From Eledone cirrhosa (taxonomy: Eukaryota), in NCBI GenBank assembly GCA_964016885.1, contig CAXHJY010000980.1, positions 1-14,027 of the forward strand: a stretch of DNA of 14,027 nt, given 5' to 3'. Made by a program: the position numbers and the translations under genes. Position 1 is the first letter of the stretch, and each line of letters begins with the position of its first letter. Shown one piece after another: positions 1-11,138 of this stretch. The notes below the pieces were generated by a model that had not been told where the DNA came from, ran no database searches, and saw only the letters and a program-made list of their open reading frames with translations.

Positions 1-3000
1 TTAACAGTATTAGACTTTGGGGAGGTAGAGAAGTATATTTATATTACAACCATATAACAACCGTATAACAGTATTAGACTTTGGGGAGGTAGAGAAGTAT
101 ATTTATATAACAACATATAACAAACATATAACAGTATTAGACTTTGGGAGGTAGAGAAGTATATTATATTACAACCATATAACAACCATATAACAGTATT
201 AGACTTTGGGGAGGTAGAGAAGTATATTTATATAACAACCCATATAACAGTATTAGACTTTGGGGAGGTAGAGAAGTATATTTATATAACAACCATATAA
301 CAGTATTAGACTTTGGGGAGGTAGAGAAGTATATTTATATAACAACCATATAACAGTATTAGACTTTGGGGAGGTGGAGAAGTATATTTATATAACAACC
401 ATATAACAGTATTAGACTTTGGGGAGGTAGAGAAGTATATTTATATAACAACCATATAACAACCGTATAACAGTATTAGACTTTGGGGAGGTAGAGAAGT
501 ATATTATATAAACATATAACAACCATATAACAGTATTAGACTTTGGGGAGGTAGGGAAGTATATTATATTACAACCATATAACAACATTATAACAGTATT
601 AGACTTTGGGGAGGTAGAGAAGTATATTTATATAACAACCATATAACAACCATATAACAGTATTAGACTTTGGGGAGGTAGAGAAGTATATTTATATAAC
701 AACCATATAACAACCGTATAACAGTATTAGACTTTTGGGAGGTAGAGAAGTATATTTATATAACAACCATATAACAACCATATAACAGTATTAGACTTTG
801 GGGAGGTAGAGAAGTATATTTATATTACAACCATATAACAACCATATAACAGTATTAGACTTTGGGGAGGTAGAGAAGTATATTATATACAACCATATAA
901 CAACCATATAACAGTATTAGACTTTGGGGAGGTAGAGAAGTATATTTATATTACAACCATATAACAACCATATAACAGTATTAGACTTTGGGGAGGTAGA
1001 GAAGTATATTTATATAACAACCATATAACATAACAACGTATACAGTATTAGACTTTGGGGAGGTAGAGAAGTATATTTATATAACAACCATATAACAACC
1101 ATATAACAGTATTAGACTTTGGGGAGGTAGAGAAGTATATTTATATAACAACCATATAACAGTATTAGACTTTGGGGAGGTAGAGAAGTATATTTATATT
1201 ACAACCATATAACAACCATATAACAGTATTAGACTTTGGGGAGGTAGAGAAGTATATTTATATTACAACCATATAACAGTATTAGACTTTGGGAGGTAGA
1301 GAAGTATATTTATATAACAACCATATAACAGTATAGACTTTGGGGAGGTAGAGAAGTATATTTATATAACAACCATATAACAGTATTAGACTTTGGGGAG
1401 GTAGAGAAGTATATTTATATAACAACCATATAACAACCATATAACAGTATTAGACTTTGGGGAGGTAGAGAAGTATATTTATATAACAACCATATAACAG
1501 TATTAGACTTTGGGGAGGTAGAGAAGTATATTTATATAACAACCATATAACAGTATTAGACTTTGGGGAGGTAGAGAAGTATATTTATATTACAACCATA
1601 TAACAACCATATAACAGTATTAGACTTTGGGGAGGTAGAGAAGTATATTTATATAACAACCATATAACAACCATATAACAGTATTAGACTTTGGGGAGGT
1701 AGAGAAGTATATTTATATTACAACCATATAACAACCATATAACAGTATTAGACTTTGGGGAGGTAGAGAAGTATATTTATATTACAACCATATAACAACC
1801 ATATAACAGTATTAGACTTTGGGGAGGTAGAGAAGTATATTTATATAACAACCATACTATAACAGTATTAGACTTTGGGGAGGTAGAGAAGTATATTTAT
1901 ATAACAACCATATAACAGTATTAGACTTTGGGGAGGTAGAGAAGTATATTTATATAACAACCATATAACAACCGTATAACAGTATTAGACTTTGGGGAGG
2001 TAGAGAAGTATATTTATATAACAACCATATAACAACCATATAACAGTATTAGACTTTGGGGAGGTAGAGAAGTATATTTATATAACAACCATATAACAAC
2101 CATATAACAGTATTAGACTTTGGGGAGGTAGAGAAGTATATTTATATAACAACCATATAACAACCATATAACAGTATTAGACTTTGGGAGGTAGAGAAGT
2201 ATATTTATATAACAACCATATAACAACCATATAACAGTATTAGACTTTGGGGAGGTAGAGAAGTATATTTATATAACAACCATATAACAGTATTAGACTT
2301 TGGGGAGGTAGAGAAGTATATTTATATAACAACCATATAACAACCGTATAACAGTATTAGACTTTGGGGAGGTAGAGAAGTATATTTATATAACAACCAT
2401 ATAACAACCATATAACAGTATTAGACTTTGGGGAGGTAGAGAAGTATATTTATATAACAACCGTATAACAGTATTAGACTTTGGGGAGGTAGAGAAGTAT
2501 ATTTATATAACAACCATATAACAACCGATATAACAGTATTAGACTTTGGGGAGGTAGAGAAGTATATTTATATTACAACCATATAACAACCGTATAACAG
2601 TATTAGACTTTGGGGAGGTAGAGAAGTATATTTATATAACAACCATATAACAACCATATAACAGTATTAGACTTTGGGGAGGTAGAAAGTATATTTATAT
2701 TACAACCATATAACAACCATATAACAGTATTAGACTTTGGGGAGGTAGAGAAGTATATTTATATAACAACCATATAACAGTATTAGACTTTGGGGAGGTA
2801 GAGAAGTATATTTATATAACAACCATATAACAGTATTAGACTTTGGGGAGGTAGAGAAGTATATTTATATAACAACCATATAACAGTATTAGACTTTGGG
2901 GAGGTGGAGAAGTATATTTATATAACAACCATATAACAGTATTAGACTTTGGGGAGGTAGAGAAGTACATTTATATAACAACCATATAACAACCGTATAA

Positions 3001-6000
3001 CAGTATTAGACTTTGGGGAGGTAGAGAAGTATATTTATATAACAACCATATAACAACCATATAACAGTATTAGACTTTGGGGAGGTAGGAAGTATATTTA
3101 TATTACAACCATATAACAACCATATAACAGTATTAGACTTTGGGGAGGTAGAGAAGTATATTTATATAACAACCATATAACAACCATATAACAGTATTAG
3201 ACTTTGGGGAGGTAGAGAAGTATATTTATATAACAACCATATAACAACCATATAACAGTATTAGACTTTTGGGAGGTAGAGAAGTATATTTATATAACAA
3301 CCATATAACAACCATATAACAGTATTAGACTTTGGGGAGGTAGAGAAGTATATTTATATAACAACCATATAACAGTATTAGACTTTGGGGAGGTAGAGAA
3401 GTATATTTATATAACAACCATATAACAGTATTAGACTTTGGGGAGGTAGAGAAGTATATTTATATAACAACCATATAACAACCGTATAACAGTATTAGAC
3501 TTTGGGAGGTAGAGAAGTATATTTATATAACAACCATATAACAACCATATAACAGTATTAGACTTTGGGGAGGTAGAGAAGTATATTTATATAACAACCA
3601 TATAACAACCTATAACAGTATTAGACTTTGGGGAGGTAGAGAAGTATATTTATATAACAACCATATAACAACCATATAACAGTATTAGACTTTGGGGAGG
3701 TAGAGAAGTATATTTATATTACAACCATATAACAACCATATAACAGTATTAGACTTTGGGGAGGTAGAGAAGTATATTTATATAACAACCATATAACAGT
3801 ATTAGACTTTGGGGAGGTAGAGAAGTATATTTATATAACAACCATATAACAGTATTAGACTTTGGGGAGGTAGAGAAGTATATTTATATAACAACCATAT
3901 AACAGTATTAGACTTTGGGAGGTGGAGAAGTATATTTATATAACAACCATATAACAGTATTAGACTTTGGGGAGGTAGAGAAGTATATTTATATAACAAC
4001 CATATAACAACCGTATAACAGTATTAGACTTTGGGGAGGTAGAGAAGTATATTTATATAACAACCATATAACAACCATATAACAGTATTAGACTTTGGGG
4101 AGGTAGGGAAGTATATTTATATTACAACCATATAACAACCATATAACAGTATTAGACTTTGGGGAGGTAGAGAAGTATATTTATATAACAACCATATAAC
4201 AACCATATAACAGTATTAGACTTTGGGGAGGTAGAGAAGTATATTTATATAACAACCATATAACAACCATATAACAGTATTAGACTTTTGGGAGGTAGAG
4301 AAGTATATTTATATAACAACCATATAACAACCATATAACAGTATTAGACTTTGGGAGGTAGAGAAGTATATTTATATAACAACCATATAACAGTATTAGA
4401 CTTTGGGGAGGTAGAGAAGTATATTTATATAACAACCATATAACAACCGTATAACAGTATTAGACTTTGGGGAGGTAGAGAAGTATATTTATATAACAAC
4501 CATATAACAACCATATAACAGTATTAGACTTTGGGGAGGTAGAGAAGTATATTTATATAACAACCATATAACAACCATATAACAGTATTAGACTTTGGGG
4601 AGGTAGAGAAGTATATTTATATAACAACCATATAACAACCATATAACAGTATTAGACTTTTGGGAGGTAGTGAAGTATATTTATATAACAACCATATAAC
4701 AACCATATAACAGTATTAGACTTTGGGGAGGTAGAGAAGTATATTTATATAACAACCATATAACAACCGTATAACAGTATTAGACTTTGGGGAGGTAGAG
4801 AAGTATATTTATATAACAACCATATAACAACCATATAACAGTATTAGACTTTGGGGAGGTAGAGAAGTATATTTATATAACAACCGTATAACAGTATTAG
4901 ACTTTGGGGAGGTAGAGAAGTATATTTATATAACAACCATATAACAACCGTATAACAGTATTAGACTTTGGGGAGGTAGAGAAGTATATTTATACTACAA
5001 CCATATAACAACCGTATAACAGTATTAGACTTTGGGGAGGTAGAGAAGTATATTTATATAACAACCATATAACAACCATATAACAGTATTAGACTTTGGG
5101 GAGGTAGAGAAGTATATTTATATAACAACCATATAACAACCGTATAACAGTATTAGACTTTGGGGAGGTAGAGAAGTATATTTATATAACAACCATATAA
5201 CAAACATATAACAGTATTAGACTTTGGGGAGGTAGAGAAGTATATTTATATAACAACCATATAACAACCATATAACAGTATTAGACTTTGGGGAGGTAGA
5301 GAAGTATATTTATATTACAACCATATAACAGTATTAGACTTTGGGGAGGTAGAGAAGTATATTTATATTACAACCATATAACAAACATATAACAGTATTA
5401 GACTTTGGGGAGGTAGAGAAGTATATTTATATAACAACCATATAACAACCATATAACAGTATTAGACTTTGGGGAGGTAGAGAAGTATATTTATATAACA
5501 ACCATATTACAAACATATAACAGTATTAGACTTTGGGGAGGTAGAGAAGTATATTTATATAACAACCATATAACAACCATATAACAGTATTAGACTTTGG
5601 GGAGGTAGAGAAGTATATTTATATTACAACCATATAACAACCATATAACAGTATTAGACTTTGGGGAGGTAGAGAAGTATATTTATATAACAACCATATA
5701 ACAAACATATAACAGTATTAGACTTTGGGGAGGTAGAGAAGTATATTTATATAACAACCATATAACAACCATATAACAACCGTATAACAGTATTAGACTT
5801 TGGGGAGGTAGAGAAGTATATTTATATAACAACCATATAACAAACATATAACAGTATTAGACTTTGGGGAGGTAGAGAAGTATATTTATATAACAACCAT
5901 ATAACAACCATATAACAGTATTAGACTTTGGGGAGGTAGAGAAGTATATTTATATTACAACCATATAACAACCATATAACAGTATTAGACTTTGGGGAGG

Positions 6001-8445
6001 TAGAGAAGTATATTTATATTACAACCATATAACAGTATTAGACTTTGGGGAGGTAGAGAAGTATATTTATATAACAACCATATAACAGTATAAGACTTTG
6101 GGGAGGTAGAGAAGTATATTTATATAACAACCGTATAACAGTATTAGACTTTGGGGAGGTAGAGAAGTATATTTATATAACAACCATATAACAACCATAT
6201 AACAGTATTAGACTTTGGGGAGGTAGAGAAGTATATTTATATAACAACCATATAACAGTATTAGACTTTGGGGAGGTAGAGAAGTATATTTATATAACAA
6301 CCGTATAACAGTATTAGACTTTGGGGAGGTAGAGAAGTATATTTATATTACAACCATATAACAGTATTAGACTTTGGGGAGGTAGAGAAGTATATTTATA
6401 TAACAACCATATAACAACCGTATAACAGTATTAGACTTTGGGGAGGTAGAGAAGTATATTTATATTACAACCATATAACAACCATATAACAGTATTAGAC
6501 TTTGTGGAGGTAGAGAAGTATATTTATATAACAACCATATAACAGTATTAGACTTTTGGGAGGTAGAGAAGTATATTTATATAACAACCATATAACAACC
6601 ATATAACAGTATTAGACTTTGGGGAGGTAGAGAAGTATATTTATATAACAACCATATAACAAACATATAACAGTATTAGACTTTGGGGAGGTAGAGAAGT
6701 ATATTTATATAACAACCATATAACAGTATTAGACTTTGGGGAGGTAGAGAAGTATATTTATATAACAACCATATAACAGTATTAGACTTTGGGGAGGTAG
6801 AGAAGTATATTTATATAACAACCATATAACAACCATATAACAGTATTAGACTTTGGGGAGGTAGAGAAGTATATTTATATAACAACCATATAACAGTATT
6901 AGACTTTGGGGAGGTAGAGAAGTATATTTATATAACAACCATATAACAACCATATAACAGTATTAGACTTTGGGGAGGTAGAGAAGTATATTTATATAAC
7001 AACCATATAACAAACATATAACAGTATTAGACTTTGGGGAGGTAGAGAAGTATATTTATATTACAACCATATAACAGTATTAGACTTTGGGGAGGTAGAG
7101 AAGTATATTTATATAACAACCATATTACAACCATATAACAGTATTAGACTTTGGGGAGGTAGAGAAGTATATTTATATTACAACCATATAACAACCATAT
7201 AACAGTATTAGACTTTGGGGAGGTAGAGAAGTATATTTATATTACAACCATATAACAGTATTAGACTTTGGGGAGGTAGAGAAGTATATTTATATAACAA
7301 CCATATTACAACCATATAACAGTATTAGACTTTGGGGAGGTAGAGAAGTATATTTATATTACAACCATATAACAACCATATAACAGTATTAGACTTTGGG
7401 GAGGTAGAGAAGTATATTTATATTACAACCATATAACAGTATTAGACTTTGGGGAGGTAGAGAAGTTTATTTATATAACAACCATATTACAACCATATAA
7501 CAGTATTAGACTTTGGGGAGGTAGAAAAGTATATTTATATTACAACCATATAACAGTATTAGACTTTGGGGAGGTAGAGAAGTATATTTATATAACAACC
7601 ATATTACAACCATATAACAGTATTAGACTTTGGGGAGGTAGAGAAGTATATTTATATTACAACCATATAACAGTATTAGACTTTGGGGAGGTAGAGAAGT
7701 ATATTTATATAACAACCATATAACAAACATATAACAGTATTAGACTTTGGGGAGGTAGAGAAGTATATTTATATTACAACCATATAACAGTATTAGACTT
7801 TGGGGAGGTAGAGAAGTATATTTATATAACAACCATATTACAACCATATAACAGTATTAGACTTTGGGGAGGTCGAGAAGTATATTTATATAACAACCAT
7901 ATAACAACCATATAACAGTATTAGACTTTGGGGAGGTAGAGAAGTATATTTATATAACAACCATATTACAACCATATAACAGTATTAGACTTTGGGGAGG
8001 TAGAGAAGTATATTTATATTACAACCATATAACAACCATATAACAGTATTAGACTTTGGGGAGGTAGAGAAGTATATTTATATTACAACCATATAACAGT
8101 ATTAGACTTTGGGGAGGTAGAGAAGTATATTTATATAACAACCATATTACAACCATATAATAGTATTAGACTTTGGGGAGGTAGAGAAGTATATTTATAT
8201 TACAACCATATAACAGTATTAGACTTTGGGGAGGTAGAGAAGTATATTTATATAACAACCATATAACAGTATTAGACTTTGGGGAGGTAGAGAAGTATAT
8301 TTATATAACAACCATATTACAACCATATAATAGTATTAGACTTTGGGGAGGTAGAGAAGTATATTTATATTACAACCATATAACAGTATTAGACTTTGGG
8401 GAGGTAGAGAAGTATATTTATATAACAACCATATAACAGTATTAG
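1..8445. repeat. Minisatellite/satellite array with 53/64/75-bp units, open at the left window edge
   Basis: 53-bp unit AACAGTATTAGACTTTGGGGAGGTAGAGAAGTATATTTATATAACAACCATAT (CAGTATTAGA at 248 and 301). A 64-bp form has one extra TATAACAACCA (1981 to 2045) and one 75-bp form has two extra (5714 to 5789). The array ends abruptly at ...AACAGTATTAG 8445. Confidence 0.99.
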
Positions 8446-8503
8446 GCTCAAAAGTTTCTGAACTAAAAAGCGTTCCACGTTTGAAAAAGTTTGGGAAACC
8501 CTG
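8446..8503 (-). mobile_element. Terminus of a hAT (Buster/Charlie-like) DNA transposon or MITE, TIR at 8484-8503
   Basis: Minus strand reads CAGGGTTTCCCAAACTTTTT, matching the CAG(G/T)G.TTCCCAAACT termini typical of hAT-Charlie/Buster elements. It is directly flanked by CTGTAGAG (8504-8511), an nnnTAnnn 8-mer of the Buster target-site type. The partner end is not in the window. Confidence 0.72.
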
Positions 8504-8670
8504 CTGTAGAGCATCGGACGACATGCTTTGCAGCATATAGTTACGGCCCTTTACGTTCTGAGTTCAAATCTTGCCGAAGTTAGCTTTACCTCTCCTTATG
8601 GGGTCGATAAAATATAGTATCAATAATGCACTGGGGTTTATTTAATCTACTTTCTCCTCCCCCTCCCCGA
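8504..8670 (+). mobile_element. tRNA-derived SINE, 5' head truncated (octopus-like family)
   Basis: B-box-like GAGTTCAAATC (~8560-8570), then GCCGAAGTTAGCTTTACC...GGGGTCGATAAAAT...GCACTGGGGT. Collinear with the next copy at 8704-8860. The 3' boundary is approximate. Confidence 0.7.
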
Positions 8671-8703
8671 ACATTGTTTGCCATGTGCCTAAATCAGGTC
8701 TAT

Positions 8704-8860
8704 GGTGGTTTATTGGCAGTGATGGCAGAGCATCGGACAAAACGATTTGCGACGTTTAGTTATAACTTTCTACAGTCCGAGGTCAATTTTGCCTTTCAAC
8801 CTTTCTCTGTTGATAAAATAAAGTACCAGTTAAATACTGAGGTCGGTATAATCGATACCT
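8704..8860 (+). mobile_element. Second diverged copy of the same SINE family, B-box region apparently deleted
   Basis: Shares AGAGCATCGGAC (8727-8738 vs 8508-8519), CCGA.GT...TTT.CCT, GATAAAATA.AGTA.CA and ACTG.GGT with the upstream copy. Keeps the head GGTGGTTTATTGGCAG but lacks GTTCTGAGTTCAAA. Confidence 0.7.
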
Positions 8861-9489
8861 ACTGAGATCGAAGATAGATTTTAAATGATATAAGAATTTG
8901 CCCCTTTGGGGTTATGGGGTTGGGATAAAATAGTAAACATCAGGGAAAACAAACGTTATATTTCTTTGGATATTCTTCAATGGTTCCTTACTTCTAGATG
9001 TCTTATTAGATTTCTACCGAGAAGTAACAGTTTGGACGGTCGAGATGTTAGTCTCCTATATGTTGAAGTGTTAAAATGTAAGAAATACTCAACAAATCTA
9101 ACTAATTAGATACAACTAGGAAAGGAATTTCTAACGAATGTTTTATTATATGTTTTCTCTTTAGTTCTATATTTTCAGACAGCATAACTGAATGATGTCA
9201 ATAACTTCTATAGTACTCTACCTCATCACTCTTATCAACAAATGGTAATCATAGAAGGTTGTTTGTGATCAATATTGACCGGTACCAATATCTGTTCGAT
9301 GAATAATTCATGATACAACTGTCTCTAGTTTAATGTTTATCTTTTTCACCATATTTTAAAAGGAAAGTGATAGTTTTTAAACCATAGGTTTCTTTTTCTT
9401 TTTTATAAATATGGCCTTGGCATGCATTTATCCTGCTCTGATGTATCTAGTTGTAGTTTTACTGTAGAATTTACTCGAATAATATAAAG

Positions 9490-9707
9490 GATCGATCGAC
9501 TTTCGTCAAATCGTACCGAGGAAACAATGTTTCCGTTAGTCTTTCCAGTTGCTAATACTATCTATCGGTCGCAACTCCAGGTAGAAGGAGCAACGTGAAA
9601 TAAAGTGTCTTGCTCAAGGACATAACGCATCGCCTGGTCCAGGAATCGAACTCACAACCTCAAGATTGTGAATCCAATTCTCTAACCACTCAGCCACGCG
9701 CCTTCAG
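9490..9707 (-). mobile_element. tRNA-derived SINE with CORE-like segment and probable 16-bp target-site duplication
   Basis: Minus strand: A box TGGCTGAGTGG (9696-9686), B box GTTCGATTCC (9651-9642), then TGTCCTTGAGCAAGACACTTTA, similar to the CORE motif CCTTGGGCAAGTCACTTA. Flanking direct repeats CTCGAATAATATAAAG (9474-9489) and CTCGAATAATTTAGAG (9708-9723) match at 14/16. Confidence 0.8.
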
Positions 9708-10414
9708 CTCGAATAATTTAGAGCCAAAATAGAAGAGAACGTAAAAGTTATTTGTCAAATACTTCGCTACTTTTAGAAAATAGTATCTGAGTGGTTGGAA
9801 TGTTATTGAATTTGGATTAGACAAAAAATATATTTATATAAACAGTAGAAATACTCAATACGTAACTTTATAAGGAAAATCCATTAGGCCTTTATTAGGG
9901 GAAAGAAACTACGGATAAGACGAATATAAGCTACAATTCCGTAACGGCACGTCTCTTTATTGTTCGTTACGTCCATTTTTACCTTCTTTTTTTAATACAT
10001 TTTATCTGGATGGATTAGTATGTATTGAACATTAGATATGTTTGTTTTGTCGTTACTCTCATACGTTATGTTATTTCTTTGTTGAACTAAAAGTTACGTT
10101 ATTTGTATAGAGTAAATCTTGCAGATGTTGAGACGTGGAGGACAATGATTAAACAAGGAAGTTTATTATTTGAGTCTATTCAATAAGGAACACATCGAGT
10201 ATGGTTAGAACAGGAATCTAATACAATTGATTAATTCTCAGTGATACGAGGGCATTGAAATCTTAACAGTAGGAAAATCAATTTCAAACTAGACATTACT
10301 ACTATGATTCATTATCATCTTGTGGACATCTTTATCAAGTTCATTTCACACAACACGGAAATTGAATTAAATGTACGACTGTTTTACTGTAATGGTCTAG
10401 ATTGTGTATATATA

Positions 10415-10725
10415 TATGAGGGACGGTTGAACCATATGGGGTGACCAAGATACTCTCATGGAATGTCCATACGAGGGTCGGTTGAACAGTTAATGGGGTG
10501 ACCAAGATACTCTCATGGAATGTCCAAATGAGGTTTATTTTTCAACATAGTCCCCAGAAAGAAATAATGCAGTTAGTAATAAGAGTTAAAATTAATGCAT
10601 ACGAGGTTTCGGAGCTCTAGCATCACTCCTTCATAGTCAGCCTATGACCAAGATACTCTCATGCAATGACCAAATGAGGTTTCTTTTAACAACATTCTCC
10701 CGGGAAAGAAGCAATGCATCCCAGT
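10415..10725 (+). mobile_element. Three head-to-tail copies of a mariner-like transposon end fragment
   Basis: Copies begin TATGAGGG (10415), TACGAGGG (10470) and TACGAGG (10600), resembling TA+CGAGGG mariner termini. All contain TGACCAAGATACTCTCATG.AATG.CCA. Copies 2 and 3 continue AATGAGGTTT.TTTT...GAAAGAA..AATGCA. The repetition is certain; the mariner call is from recognition. Confidence 0.6.
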
Positions 10726-10903
10726 ACAACTTGTTACATTGTCTGGTCGTCAGCCACTAAGCCGGCAATCCCACCATCCTTAGCATGAGGAGGGTGATTT
10801 GTTTGGGACATCCCGTGGGATGAAAAAGAAAACCCATCAAGGAACTCTGGAGAGTCAACGACTATCCAATAGTGTGTAGGTATTTATATGCGGTGTGTGT
10901 ATG

Positions 10904-10907
<4 letters not shown>

Positions 10908-10950
<43 letters not shown>
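10908..10950. repeat. (TA)n microsatellite
   Basis: About 21 perfect TA units preceded by TG/TATG units. Confidence 0.98.
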
Positions 10951-10952
<2 letters not shown>

Positions 10953-11091
10953 TTAGCTTTGTTAGTTCACCACTGGATAGAATTGGTCATTCCGTATGGT
11001 CAATCTTGGTGTAATATTGTGGAGAGTTCTCAACGTAATGCAGTTCACCCGTCTTCGTTTGTGTAGTTGGGGTTGCGAATACGGAGTTAAT

Positions 11092-11123
11092 TATAAATAA
11101 AATAACATGTTATTTTATTTATA
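11092..11123. repeat. Perfect 32-bp palindrome
   Basis: TATAAATAAAATAACA|TGTTATTTTATTTATA; 16-bp arms, no spacer, checked base by base. Confidence 0.95.
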
Positions 11124-11138
11124 TATATATATATATAT

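Noticed and set aside
3802-3999. 65-aa minus-strand ORF, and the similar one at 8336-8536
   Set aside because: Chance read-through of minisatellite units whose lengths (53, 64) are not multiples of 3; the second also crosses TIR and SINE sequence.
1-8445. CRISPR array
   Set aside because: There are no unique spacers; the variable part is only copy number of one 11-mer. No cas genes, and the context is eukaryotic.
1-8445. Telomeric repeat or G-quadruplex array
   Set aside because: No TTAGGG. Each unit has only one G4 run plus a GG, with G4 runs ~50-60 nt apart, too far for a canonical quadruplex.
8894-8940. Possible third SINE fragment (TTTGCCCCTT...GGGGTTGGGATAAAATAGTA)
   Set aside because: Resembles the middle of the neighbouring SINEs but is too short and degenerate to call.
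8626-9109. 79-aa and 67-aa ORFs
   Set aside because: Short, partly overlapping SINE remnants, with no recognisable protein features.
9630-9706. Functional tRNA gene
   Set aside because: A and B boxes are present, but I cannot form a convincing acceptor stem and it continues into SINE body sequence.
9829-9847. Orphan array-like motif TATATTTATATAAACAGTA
   Set aside because: Low-complexity AT match lacking the G-rich core; likely chance.
10245-10260. Isolated TACGAGGG mariner-like start
   Set aside because: Only 8 bp, with no downstream similarity to the copies at 10415-10725.
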